Notes: generated by a model from the letters alone, not told the origin. A stretch of DNA of 58,487 bases from Gemmatimonadales bacterium (GCA_038232435.1 JBBSHV010000001.1:1-58487); one strand, 5' to 3'; numbered from the stretch's first letter, positions 38,646 through 50,299 are shown. Numbers and translations are program-made.

Positions 38646-40655
38646 ATGAACCGAACGAACACCATCACACACATCCCCTTCGTGGCCGTTGTTGCAGCCG
38701 CGCTGTGCGCTCCCACAATCGCGTCCGCCCAGCGCAGCGACAGCACCGTACTCGCTCCGGTTGTCGTTACCGCGACGCGCATTCCGACTGCTGCATCATC
38801 GCTGACGCAGCCCATCACGGTGCTGCTGGGCGACGATCTCCGAGCTCGGGGCGTTGTCACCGTGGCCGAGGCACTGCGCTCGGTTCCGGGCGCAACCATT
38901 GTGCAGAGCGGATCGTTCGGCGCTGTGACGTCGCTCTTCCTCCGTGGCGGCGAGAGTCGCTATACCAAAGTTCTCATAGACGGTGTGCCAGTCAACTCAG
39001 TCGGCGGGACGTTCTTCTTTCAGAACCTTACGCTTGAAAACGTCGACCGAATCGAAGTTGTAGAGGGGCCGGGGAGTGCTCTCTACGGCGCCGACGCCTT
39101 GAGCGGCGTGATTCAGATATTCACTCGGAGCGGCGGGAGCCACGGTACGCTTGACGCCACGGCGCGCGCCGGTTCGTACGGCACTCGCGAAGGATCCGCG
39201 GCATTGTCCCGCGGCATCCCGGCCGCCGCGTACTCACTGGGCGCCGGTTGGCACCAGACCGACGGCGTCATACCGTTCAATAACCAGTACACGACGGGCA
39301 CACTGAGCGGCGCCCTCAAACTTGCCGCGGGTGCGCGGTCGGTCGTGCGTCTCACGTCGCGGTACTCCTCATCCGTCTATCATTTCCCGACCGACTTCAG
39401 CGGTGTCCCCAACGACACCAACTCCTACACCAGCCAGCATCGTCTTGTCCTCGGCGCCGACGCTAGCCACGCACTGACACCCGCGGTGACGCTTCGTCTG
39501 CTTGCCGGTGACAACGAGGTACACGACCTGTCCGAGGATACGCGCGCCCGGAAAGCGGGCGGGCTCGTGAAGACTTCCGCACCGGCGATTGGCTTCCGTC
39601 GCCGCGTCGAGGCACGGGCGGAGGCCGCGACAGGCCGGCGCGCCACGATTACCCTTGGCTCCGATTACGAGCGGGAGGCGGAGCGCGCGAAGGTGATCAG
39701 CTACAACTACACCACTTCGCCCGATGGCGTCGCCGGTACCACGATTCCTGGCGGCGACGACCACCGAATAACACGCGGCTATTACGCGGCCGCGCAGGGA
39801 GTACCGGTGGATCGCCTGTCTTACGACGCGAGCGTTCGCTACGACAACCACTCCGACTACAAGGACGTTACGACCTATCATGCTGGCGCTGCCGCTCAGC
39901 TCTGGAACGGCGCGCGCGTACGCGGATCGTACGGGACGGGCTTCAACGCGCCGGCTTTTTATCAGACGCAGGGGTCAGCGTACAACAGGTCAAATAGCGC
40001 TCTGCAGCCCGAACAGGTACGCACTCTCGACGTTGGCTTGGAGCAGTCGCTTCTATCCGGCACACTGCGCGCAAGTGTCGCTGCATTCGATCAGCGTTTC
40101 AGTCAGCTCATCCAGTACGTCCCCGGGCTCAACAGCGGCGCGCCCGATTATTCAGAGATCACGCCGGCGTACTACGACAACCTCACGCAGGCGCGCGCGC
40201 GCGGGTATCAAGCCGGCGCGCAGCTCGCGCGGGGACGCGAGTGGTCCGCATCATTGAGCTACACGCAGCTGCTGGCGAAGGTATACGCAGTGCCGCCCGG
40301 CTTCGGCGGCTCGCTCCGACCGGGGGACGCGCTATTGCGCCGCCCCAGCCACTCCGGCAGCGGGCTCTTATCGTACGCCGCGCCCGCGGGTTGGTACGCC
40401 TCGGCTAACGCCACGTACGTCGGCAAGCGGCCTGACATGGATTTCGCGATCTTCCCGTCGCCAACGATCACCCTTCCCGCCTACGTCAAATTGGATCTGG
40501 CCGGCAGCGTAAATGTTCTCCGCACTGCATCGCGCACGCTAGGGTTGACGGCTCGTGTCGACAACGTTCTGGGTAAGCGTTACGAGGACGTGCTCCATTT
40601 TCCGGCTCCTGGTCGTACCGTTGTGATTGGCGGGCGACTCACCGCGACGCGCTGA
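38646..40655 (+). CDS. TonB-dependent receptor (BtuB-like, vitamin B12 type by context)
   Basis: 669 aa. Signal peptide, a TonB-box-like VVVTATR, and a plug domain (LRSVPGATIVQSGSFGAVTSLFLRGGESRYTKVLIDGVPVN). C-terminal barrel ending GRTVVIGGRLTATR. Confidence 0.85.
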   Translation: MNRTNTITHIPFVAVVAAALCAPTIASAQRSDSTVLAPVVVTATRIPTAASSLTQPITVLLGDDLRARGVVTVAEALRSVPGATIVQSGSFGAVTSLFLRGGESRYTKVLIDGVPVNSVGGTFFFQNLTLENVDRIEVVEGPGSALYGADALSGVIQIFTRSGGSHGTLDATARAGSYGTREGSAALSRGIPAAAYSLGAGWHQTDGVIPFNNQYTTGTLSGALKLAAGARSVVRLTSRYSSSVYHFPTDFSGVPNDTNSYTSQHRLVLGADASHALTPAVTLRLLAGDNEVHDLSEDTRARKAGGLVKTSAPAIGFRRRVEARAEAATGRRATITLGSDYEREAERAKVISYNYTTSPDGVAGTTIPGGDDHRITRGYYAAAQGVPVDRLSYDASVRYDNHSDYKDVTTYHAGAAAQLWNGARVRGSYGTGFNAPAFYQTQGSAYNRSNSALQPEQVRTLDVGLEQSLLSGTLRASVAAFDQRFSQLIQYVPGLNSGAPDYSEITPAYYDNLTQARARGYQAGAQLARGREWSASLSYTQLLAKVYAVPPGFGGSLRPGDALLRRPSHSGSGLLSYAAPAGWYASANATYVGKRPDMDFAIFPSPTITLPAYVKLDLAGSVNVLRTASRTLGLTARVDNVLGKRYEDVLHFPAPGRTVVIGGRLTATR

Positions 40656-40707
40656 TCACTGACCTGCACACTAATAGGCAGCGTGCGCGCGTAGTTAGAT
40701 TCAGGCC

Positions 40708-41508
40708 ATGTCGCTCCTCGTCACACAGGCGATGGTGCTGCACGCCTTCGACTATCTCGAGACATCGCGCGTGTTGCGCCTGCTGACGCGTGAGAGCGGG
40801 CTGCAGTCCGTTCTGGCCAAGGGTGCACGCCGCACGCGCGGGCGCGTGGGAACCGGCGTCGATCTGTTCGCCGAGGGCGAGGCGCAGTTGTACGTCAAGC
40901 CCACGCGCGACCTGCAGACGCTCGCGTCATTTGATGTGTCTCGCTCCCGAACTGCTCTGGCGCTGGACATGCGGCGTTTCGCCGCCGCGTCGGCAATCGC
41001 CGAGCTGGTGTTGCGCATCGCCGGTGACGAGCCGAACTCCGCGCTGTTCGACGGCGTCAGTTCATCGCTGGATGACATAGCACTGGCGACCGATGACGCG
41101 ATCGTGGCACGCGCGCTGGCCGGCGCTTGGCGCGTCGTCGCGGCTGCCGGCTTCGCTCCAGCTCTGGACGACTGCGCTAACTGCCACACGCCTGTCCCGT
41201 CGGACGACGCGGTCTCCTTCTCGCACCCAGCCGGCGGCGCACTCTGCGCCGGCTGCGGCAGACGTGCGGCTACCGCGCGCAAGCTCCCCGCCGACGCGCG
41301 CGGCCTGCTGCGTGGCTGGCTTGCGGGCGCCGACGCGGTGCACATCGAGGTACCGGTCGAGGTGCAGCCGATGGACTCCGCTTCGGCGCGCGCGCACCAG
41401 CGGCTGCTTCGTGAGTTCCTTCGCGAGCACTTGAGTGAAGACCGTCCGCTGCGTGCATTCGCGGCGTGGGAGACAGGCTTCGGCTCCAGCGCTGAGCCCG
41501 TTCAGTGA
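40708..41508 (+). CDS. recO: DNA repair protein RecO
   Basis: 266 aa. OB-fold N-terminus (TQAMVLHAFDYLETSRVLRLLTRESGLQSVLAKGARR) and zinc motif CANCHTP...CAGCG. Confidence 0.85.
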   Translation: MSLLVTQAMVLHAFDYLETSRVLRLLTRESGLQSVLAKGARRTRGRVGTGVDLFAEGEAQLYVKPTRDLQTLASFDVSRSRTALALDMRRFAAASAIAELVLRIAGDEPNSALFDGVSSSLDDIALATDDAIVARALAGAWRVVAAAGFAPALDDCANCHTPVPSDDAVSFSHPAGGALCAGCGRRAATARKLPADARGLLRGWLAGADAVHIEVPVEVQPMDSASARAHQRLLREFLREHLSEDRPLRAFAAWETGFGSSAEPVQ

Positions 41509-43376
41509 TTGTCGGCACCGCCGGTCACATCGACCACGGCAAGACGGCGCTCGTGCACGCGCTTACCGGCGTGGACACGGATCGGCTTCCGGAAGAGCGA
41601 AAACGCGGAATAACGATCGAGCTGGGTTTCGCTCCACTTAGGCTCGACGGCGGCGAGGTAATAAGCATTGTCGACGTGCCGGGTCACGAGGCGCTCGTCC
41701 GGACCATGGTCGCCGGTGCCTCGGGAATTGATGCGGCACTGGTGGTTGTCGCGGCGGACGAGGGAGTAATGCCGCAGACCCGAGAACATCTGCGCGTTCT
41801 GAGTGCGCTCAACGTGAATACCGGTCTCGTCGTGCTCACCAAATGCGATCTGGTCGACGCCGAGTGGATGTCGTTGGTGGAGGATGACGTGCGCTCTGCA
41901 CTGGCGGAATCTTCGTTATCCAGCGCGCCCATCATCGCCGCATCGGCCCGTACCGGGTCAGGCGTCGTGCCACTCAGGTCGGCGCTCGCATCGCTCTCGG
42001 CCGCCGTACCCACTCGCCTGCGGGATGATCTTTTCCGATTTGTCGTGGATCGTGCGTTCACACTCAAGGGAACCGGCACAGTGGTGACCGGAACTGTATG
42101 GAGTGGTCGGTTGGATGTCGGCGCGCACGTGACACTGCATCCAGGGGGTGCAGTGTCACGCGTGCGAGCCATCCACTCGCACGGCCTGCTCCTGCACGCT
42201 GCCGAACCGGGAAATCGATGCGCGTTGGCACTGGCGGACATCGCGCCAGATGCCGCTCCGCACGGCACGCAGATTGTGAACGACGCCGGGTGGGCGGAGA
42301 CGCGCGTTATCTGCGCCGACATCACCGTTGACGCGGACGGCCGCGCGCCGCGTGCGTGGAACCGTGATTTTATGCTGTACGTTGCCGGCTCCGAGGTCCG
42401 CGCGCGCATCTCGCGGCTGGCTCCGGACGAGGGTGCGGATGAGACATCCGGCGCGGTGCGCGTGCGCATCACCTTCGACCGCCCTGTTCTCACTCGTCGC
42501 GGCGACAGGTTTGTGCTCCGGACCCCGTCGCCGCTGGACACCGTTGGCGGCGGTGTGGTCGTCGACCCCATGCCTGAGCGTGGCACGCGCGGGGCGTGGC
42601 GCGCAGCCGGCAACTCACCCACGGAGCGGCTGCATGACCTGCTCGAAGCAGCCGACGTCGCGGGCGTTCCCTCGGTGCATCTCCCCGTTCGATTAGGTGT
42701 TTCCCCGTCGGCTGTCGCAGCCGCCGTGTCCGCGGCCGGCGGCGTGCTACTTGGTCCGGCCACTGTCAGCGCAGCCGCTCTCGACCGGCTCGTGCAGGCG
42801 GTCGAGGCGCGCCTCTCGGCCTGGCGTGTATCCAATCCCCTGGATGGCGGTTTTCCGCTGGCGCGACTGCGGGAAGAGATGGCGCACGCTGCCAGCCCAG
42901 CGAACGACGCAGTTGATCACGCAGTGGAAAGATTGTGCGCCAGTGGACGCTACATTGTGGCCGAAGGACTGGTCCAGCCCCGTGACCAGCAGCCGACGCT
43001 CTGCCAGTCCGACACGAATCTGCTGGCGCGACTACTGCATCTGATATGTGATGCAGGCGCGCAGCCGCCGTCCGTCCAGGAGTTGGTCGGTCAGTTCGGT
43101 AGCCGTGCGGAGTCGCTTCTACGTTTTGCGGCCAGGAGGGGAAACGTTATCGGGGTTGAGAGCGTCAGATACTATGACGCAGAGGTAGTTTCAACGCAGA
43201 TCGACCGGATGCGTCGCTCCATGCAGCCGGGTAGGGAGTACTCGCCACAGGAACTTCGCGACGTTCTGGGGGTTTCGCGTAAGTACCTGATCCCGTTTCT
43301 CGAGTATTGTGACAGGACCGAAGTAACCGAGCGTCGCTCTAGCGGTCGCGTGATCAACAGGATATCTTCGCGGTGA
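41505..43376 (+). CDS. selB: selenocysteine-specific translation elongation factor SelB
   Basis: 623 aa. The G domain has [43 protein letters not shown] and TKCD. Long winged-helix C-terminus ending [38 protein letters not shown] overlap with the recO stop. Confidence 0.85.
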   Translation: MIVGTAGHIDHGKTALVHALTGVDTDRLPEERKRGITIELGFAPLRLDGGEVISIVDVPGHEALVRTMVAGASGIDAALVVVAADEGVMPQTREHLRVLSALNVNTGLVVLTKCDLVDAEWMSLVEDDVRSALAESSLSSAPIIAASARTGSGVVPLRSALASLSAAVPTRLRDDLFRFVVDRAFTLKGTGTVVTGTVWSGRLDVGAHVTLHPGGAVSRVRAIHSHGLLLHAAEPGNRCALALADIAPDAAPHGTQIVNDAGWAETRVICADITVDADGRAPRAWNRDFMLYVAGSEVRARISRLAPDEGADETSGAVRVRITFDRPVLTRRGDRFVLRTPSPLDTVGGGVVVDPMPERGTRGAWRAAGNSPTERLHDLLEAADVAGVPSVHLPVRLGVSPSAVAAAVSAAGGVLLGPATVSAAALDRLVQAVEARLSAWRVSNPLDGGFPLARLREEMAHAASPANDAVDHAVERLCASGRYIVAEGLVQPRDQQPTLCQSDTNLLARLLHLICDAGAQPPSVQELVGQFGSRAESLLRFAARRGNVIGVESVRYYDAEVVSTQIDRMRRSMQPGREYSPQELRDVLGVSRKYLIPFLEYCDRTEVTERRSSGRVINRISSR

Positions 43377-43447
43377 ATGTTTATGTTGGTCGAACACTTG
43401 TATAGGAGCTCGGACTAGGACTCTTTCTCGTTGGCCTGAGGTAGAAA

Positions 43448-43909
43448 ATGAAGTTGCGTTGGGCGGCACTCGGTTTGGTGCTCGCACTCAGCGCGCTCGC
43501 GCCGCGATCGGCGGTGGCTCAGGCTGGTTTTGCTGATGCCGGCCGAGATCGCGGGTCTGGTTCGGAGCTGGGACAGAATAGTCCCAATCCCTTCGTTTCG
43601 GAGACGCGGATTCCGTTTATGCTCGGAGATTATCCGACATGCTCAGAGCCGAGTCGCGTGTACCGTATCTCCTTGCGGATTTACAATATCTTATCGCAGC
43701 AGGTGGCAGTGCCCGTCTTGCAAGGTGGAACGGGGAGCGTCGCCGGTGGGGCGCCGTTGGAAAGTGTGGAGCTGTCGTGCGGCCAGTACACAGCGTACTG
43801 GGATGCCAAGAACTCAAAGACAGGCCAGGATGCCGCGGCTGGCATCTACCTGTACCGGCTTGAAATTGATGGACGGCCGGTGACCAAAAAGATGATCCAC
43901 AGCAGATAG
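43448..43909 (+). CDS. small secreted protein consisting of a Por/T9SS-type (FlgD-Ig-like) C-terminal sorting-like domain only
   Basis: 153 aa. Signal peptide MKLRWAALGLVLALSALAPRSAVAQA. Then LGQNSPNPFVSETRIPFML ... ISLRIYNILSQQVAVP ... YTAYWDAKNSKTGQDAAAGIYLYRLEIDGRPVTKKMI. This is the L-x-QN-x-PNPF ... IY(D/N) ... WDG/A ... GIY-x-Y-x-L pattern of Por_Secre_tail/FlgD-Ig domains. Confidence 0.65.
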   Translation: MKLRWAALGLVLALSALAPRSAVAQAGFADAGRDRGSGSELGQNSPNPFVSETRIPFMLGDYPTCSEPSRVYRISLRIYNILSQQVAVPVLQGGTGSVAGGAPLESVELSCGQYTAYWDAKNSKTGQDAAAGIYLYRLEIDGRPVTKKMIHSR

Positions 43910-43987
43910 GGGTTCGGATCGCAATCCGGGCCCCTTTCTGCCGTTGTGGCAGAGATATAAGGCATTGTGATTGCACAGAAGTGCAGC

Positions 43988-46591
<2,604 letters not shown>

Positions 46592-46592
46592 C

Positions 46593-47093
46593 GTGCGCCC
46601 GAACGTACAGCTAAGCACGCGCGACGAACTCTTCATGCGTGAAGCGCTCGCGTTGGCCAGCGACGCCGCGTCAGCCGGAGATGTACCCGTCGGCGCGGTG
46701 ATTGCCAGCGGCGAGAGGATAGTCGGGCGCGGGGCGAACCGCACGGTGCGCGACCAGGATGCGACGGCGCACGCCGAGGTGCTCGCGATTCGCCAGGCTT
46801 CGGCGACGCTGGGAAGGTGGCGTTTAAATGATTGCCGCCTGTACGTGACGCTCGAGCCGTGCGCGATGTGCGCGGGCGCGATTGTGCTCGCTCGCGTCGC
46901 CGGAGTGGTATTTGGCGCGTGGGACGAGAAGGCGGGCATGGCGGGCTCAATCGGCGACATTCTGCGCCACCCGCGGTTAAATCATCGCCCGGAGCTCCTG
47001 GGCGGAGTGTTGGCGGACGAGTGCGGTGCGACGTTGCGCGAGTTTTTCGCTCTCCGTCGTTCCAACCAGAACGCCGACTCTGATTCGCGTTGA
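46593..47093 (+). CDS. tadA: tRNA-specific adenosine deaminase
   Basis: Contains FMREALALA..GDVPVGAVI, HAEVLAI and LEPCAMCAGA (CDA zinc motifs). GTG 46593 or ATG 46635 are possible starts. Confidence 0.85.
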   Translation: MRPNVQLSTRDELFMREALALASDAASAGDVPVGAVIASGERIVGRGANRTVRDQDATAHAEVLAIRQASATLGRWRLNDCRLYVTLEPCAMCAGAIVLARVAGVVFGAWDEKAGMAGSIGDILRHPRLNHRPELLGGVLADECGATLREFFALRRSNQNADSDSR

Positions 47094-47155
47094 CTGGGTC
47101 GGCTGCGGTGCCTATCTTATAAGGCTGCGGGATCGGCGGCTACTCAGTCGATTCA

Positions 47156-47242
47156 GGACAGGTGGCTGAGTGGTTGAAAGCACCGGTCTCGAAAACCGGC
47201 GTACCCGCAAGGGTATCGAGAGTTCGAATCTCTCCCTGTCCG
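47156..47242 (+). tRNA. tRNA-Ser (anticodon CGA), long variable arm
   Basis: Hand-folded. Acceptor GGACAGG/CCTGTCC, anticodon stem CCGGT/ACCGG with loop CTCGAAA, long extra arm, T-arm GAGAG-TTCGAAT-CTCTC, discriminator G. No encoded CCA. Confidence 0.9.
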
Positions 47243-47252
47243 TGGAGTTGCG

Positions 47253-47282
47253 CCGCTGTCACGCAGGTGACGGCGGTTTTTT
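47253..47282 (+). terminator. rho-independent terminator after tRNA-Ser(CGA)
   Basis: CCGCTGTCAC-GCAG-GTGACGGCGG (10 bp with one G-U pair) followed by TTTTTT. Confidence 0.7.
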
Positions 47283-47322
47283 CTTGGTTGGAAGGACGAG
47301 TTTCAAGCGAATTACAATTGTT

Positions 47323-47409
47323 GGACAGGTGGCCGAGCGGTTGAAGGCGCACGCCTGGAAAGCGTGTATACGTGAAAGCGTATCGAGGGTTCGAATCCCT
47401 CTCTGTCCG
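47323..47409 (+). tRNA. tRNA-Ser (anticodon GGA), long variable arm
   Basis: Hand-folded. Acceptor GGACAGG/CTGTCC, anticodon stem CACGC/GCGTG with loop CTGGAAA, long extra arm, T-arm GAGGG-TTCGAAT-CCCTC. Confidence 0.9.
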
Positions 47410-47413
47410 TACG

Positions 47414-48418
47414 ATGGAAACTGCGACGGCATGCGGGCGGCGAACGGTGGGAATGGTGTCTGCGACTTTCCTAATGTCAATTGTCGCGATCGGGTGGAGT
47501 GCGCAAGCGACCGCGCAAGCGCCAACGCGTGCCCGGCCTGTCCAGATCGATCATTTTCCGGTCACTGAGGGTCGCAGCATAGAAGTGGCGGCGAGCGACT
47601 CGGACGAGGTTACCGTCACGGTCGAGGGTGGCAAATACCCGTTGGTCGCGCACTCGACAGCGGATGCCGCACAACGCTGGGCCGCGCGCACCGATTCGCT
47701 TGCGCGTTCGGGCCGAGGAGCGGCCGGCTCCAAGCAAACGGAACGTGCCTCGGAGCGGAACGAGTTCGGCCACTTCAGCGACATTCTCCGATATCAGCAC
47801 TTCGATAACTCCGGCGCGCACCGCGACGTCGTCGCAATCGACATCGGTCCGCTGAATGTGGCGGTGTTCCAATCCGATGTATCGTCCGCCACCCTAGATC
47901 GATTGAACGCTGCCATGCGGCGTGCGGCGAGCGCGGCGCGATTGCTCAAGCCGCGGAGTGTGGCACAGTCTCTGGCGACATCGCCCTTGCGTTCATCGTC
48001 CGTGCGCAAAGGCGATGACTCTCCGGGACCGTCGCTCTCTCCGAGCAAGCAGTGCATCGTCCAGAGCGGACTGCCTCCGATGGCGTACACCGGCCCAAAC
48101 GGATACGCCGCGGGCACCAACCTCGACAAGCTGGTCCAGCCGTCGTTACGGGCCGGAAGCCCTCTTCCGAGTTACCCTGCCAGCGCCGCCGGAGCACGGG
48201 TTTCCGGCCGGGTGGTCGCACGATTCGTTATCGACACGGCTGGGCGTCCGGTCGTGCAAACGTTCCGGCTGGTGGGCGTTTCCAACCCGCTGTTCGTCGA
48301 GTCAGTTTGCCAGGCGCTGCCGGCAATGCGCTTCGTACCGAGCCGGGTGAGCGGGCGCCTAGTTCCACAGGTCGTCGAAGAGACCTTCGTCATTGCTCCG
48401 GGGCCCGCAAGCCGCTAA
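47414..48418 (+). CDS. secreted protein with TonB C-terminal-like domain
   Basis: The ORF-track start 47372 lies inside the tRNA, so ATG 47414 or ATG 47453 ([23 protein letters not shown], signal-like) is more likely. The C-terminus is [66 protein letters not shown], the TonB_C pattern. Confidence 0.65.
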   Translation: METATACGRRTVGMVSATFLMSIVAIGWSAQATAQAPTRARPVQIDHFPVTEGRSIEVAASDSDEVTVTVEGGKYPLVAHSTADAAQRWAARTDSLARSGRGAAGSKQTERASERNEFGHFSDILRYQHFDNSGAHRDVVAIDIGPLNVAVFQSDVSSATLDRLNAAMRRAASAARLLKPRSVAQSLATSPLRSSSVRKGDDSPGPSLSPSKQCIVQSGLPPMAYTGPNGYAAGTNLDKLVQPSLRAGSPLPSYPASAAGARVSGRVVARFVIDTAGRPVVQTFRLVGVSNPLFVESVCQALPAMRFVPSRVSGRLVPQVVEETFVIAPGPASR

Positions 48419-48458
48419 CGGCGCTTACCGTACTTCGCGCATCCAGCACGCGCTCCAA

Positions 48459-49052
48459 TTAATAGCTGCGTTCGACCCGTTTACGGGTTAGCCGAGCCAT
48501 GGCCGCCTCCGCTGCCTCCAGTGACCGCTGGATGTCGCGCCAGTCGCTCTTGCTCGGCTCCTGGCGAGCGATGAGGCCCGCACGCACGGTGTCGCTGAAC
48601 CAAACATGGTCATCCAGCCGGAACGGCGTATCTGCTGAGTAATCGGCCGCAACCTCACTCATGAAGACATCCGGAAGGCCGGCGACCCTGAGCGCTTCCA
48701 GGCCGGCGCTCGAGATTGCGAAGCCTCGGCTGTGCTTGATGTAGATCGGCATGTCGGCGCTTGTGGGAAGGGTTCGGCGATACGCCGAACTTGCCGCGGC
48801 AGTGACAGCAGCTTCGACATCGGGATCCGGAGCGGACGCAACAGCTTCGTCGACGCCGGCCGGGCTGTCCGGCCCGTCCACGCTTACCGTCAGAAGTACC
48901 AGCGGGATCGCGGTTGAGCTCTTGCGGCTGACTCCCGGCTCCACGCCACGCACCGTATACCCTGGCGGAAGGGCAATCTCACGTCGTAGCGAATCGATGG
49001 TGACGGCGGCCGCAACGCGGGGGAGAAGGTGCAGACTGACGCAAGCGGTCAT
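48459..49052 (-). CDS. hypothetical protein
   Basis: 197 aa ORF with balanced, protein-like composition, unlike the R/S/T-rich + strand alternatives. No family recognised. An internal start (MPIYIKHSRGF...) is possible. Confidence 0.5.
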   Translation of the reverse strand: MTACVSLHLLPRVAAAVTIDSLRREIALPPGYTVRGVEPGVSRKSSTAIPLVLLTVSVDGPDSPAGVDEAVASAPDPDVEAAVTAAASSAYRRTLPTSADMPIYIKHSRGFAISSAGLEALRVAGLPDVFMSEVAADYSADTPFRLDDHVWFSDTVRAGLIARQEPSKSDWRDIQRSLEAAEAAMARLTRKRVERSY

Positions 49053-49265
49053 AGGTCGGTTTTCCTGTATTCAGGGAATCGGGTATGGCTATGGCGTCCG
49101 CCCCTGATGCGTGCGCGACATTCCGCGGGGAAGAACCCCTCCTCAAGCTACTCCCGGAGCAGCTTCCCGTGTGGTTCGCGCAGCTTCTCGCCCGAATTTG
49201 TGTGGTTTCGCTCATTGGGCTCGATTGCTGCGTGGTGGCTCCCCATGCTTTCGCGGGATGGGTAC

Positions 49266-49586
49266 ATGAAGGAACGTCAGGTGAAGGAAAGCGACGGCCG
49301 CCGGTGGCTCGTTCGGGAAGAATCGCGCTTCATGTTCAGCGAACAGACATCCTGCCTGATCGCCAGCTCCGAGCAGGCGATTCGCCGGATCTGGTCATAT
49401 CCGGCTGGATGGGAGACTCTGCCGGACGCTCGCCTCGTAGACCTCATCAACGCCCCTGTACCTTGCCGCAAGGGCGTGCCGGCCGACAGCCGAGACGAAT
49501 CCCGCACGGCCCCGTCGATCGCTGGCCGGGTGAGCAGCCCGCCCTCTCGCGACGCAGATCTCGATCGCCCGCGCCCCCCTGACTGA
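49266..49586 (+). CDS. small conserved-looking hypothetical protein
   Basis: Protein reads MKERQVKESDGRRWLVREESRFMFSEQTSCLIASSEQAIRRIWSYPAGWETLPDARLVDLI, then a Pro/Ser/Arg-rich tail. It resembles small 'R-x-W-x-V-x-E ... L-I-F-x-S ... RR-x-W-x-YP-x-x-W' proteins I recall from high-GC soil bacteria. GC3 is high. The start lies within ORF 49029..49586. Confidence 0.5.
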   Translation: MKERQVKESDGRRWLVREESRFMFSEQTSCLIASSEQAIRRIWSYPAGWETLPDARLVDLINAPVPCRKGVPADSRDESRTAPSIAGRVSSPPSRDADLDRPRPPD

Positions 49587-49690
49587 CGCTCCACCCTGCG
49601 CTACCGAGACGCTCACGGATTAGGCATCGGCCTTGCACCCTGCGTTGCGCGAAGTAGATAGAGAGGCAAACCCCCTCACATGGAGTAACC

Positions 49691-50209
49691 GTGGAACTAG
49701 CGGACCTGAAAGACCTGTACGTCGACGAACTGAAAGACCTGTACAGCGCCGAGCAGCAGATTCTGAAGGCACTTCCTAAAATGATCAAGGCGGCCAATCA
49801 CCGTTCCCTGAAAAAGGCCTTTACGCTACACGAGCGTCAGACGCAGCAGCACGTGAAGCGTTTGGAGCGCATCTGCAAGCAACTCGGCGAGAAGCCGACC
49901 GGGAAGAAGTGCGTCGGCATGGAAGGCGTCATCAAGGAGAGCGCGGAACTGATCTCCGAGAAGCCGGATCCCGATGTGCTGGACGCTGGTTTGATCGCGG
50001 CCGCGCAGCATGTGGAGCACTACGAGATGGCCGGTTATGGCACGGTTCGCACGTGGGCGCGCGCTCTCAACTACGACGCTCAAGCTGACCTTCTGCAGAA
50101 GACGCTGGACGAAGAGCAGGCGACCGACCAGCTCCTCACGCAGCTCGCCGAATCATCGATCAATATCGAAGCCGAGAACGGCGACGAGGGAGAGGAAGGA
50201 GACGAGTAG
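49691..50209 (+). CDS. ferritin-like DUF892 protein (YciE/YciF family)
   Basis: 172 aa. Contains LKDLYVDELKDLYSAEQQILKALPKMIKAA and EHYEMAGYGT. GGAG lies 6 nt upstream of GTG 49691. Confidence 0.85.
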   Translation: MELADLKDLYVDELKDLYSAEQQILKALPKMIKAANHRSLKKAFTLHERQTQQHVKRLERICKQLGEKPTGKKCVGMEGVIKESAELISEKPDPDVLDAGLIAAAQHVEHYEMAGYGTVRTWARALNYDAQADLLQKTLDEEQATDQLLTQLAESSINIEAENGDEGEEGDE

Positions 50210-50299
50210 CGGGACCAGTAATGCGTAGTGCGAAGCGGAAGCGTGTAACGGATTATCGCGGCTGTCTTGCGCCAGGTCAAACACACTTTTCTATTTGTT

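Noticed and set aside
41684-42835. 383-aa minus-strand ORF inside selB
   Set aside because: The translation is Ser/Arg/Thr/Ala-rich and low complexity. It is antisense to a gene with unambiguous SelB motifs, so it is a shadow ORF.
47156-47409. Possibility that one of the long-variable-arm tRNAs near selB is tRNA-Sec
   Set aside because: The anticodon loops read CTCGAAA and CTGGAAA (anticodons CGA and GGA), not TCA. The acceptor stems are the normal 7 bp, so both are tRNA-Ser.
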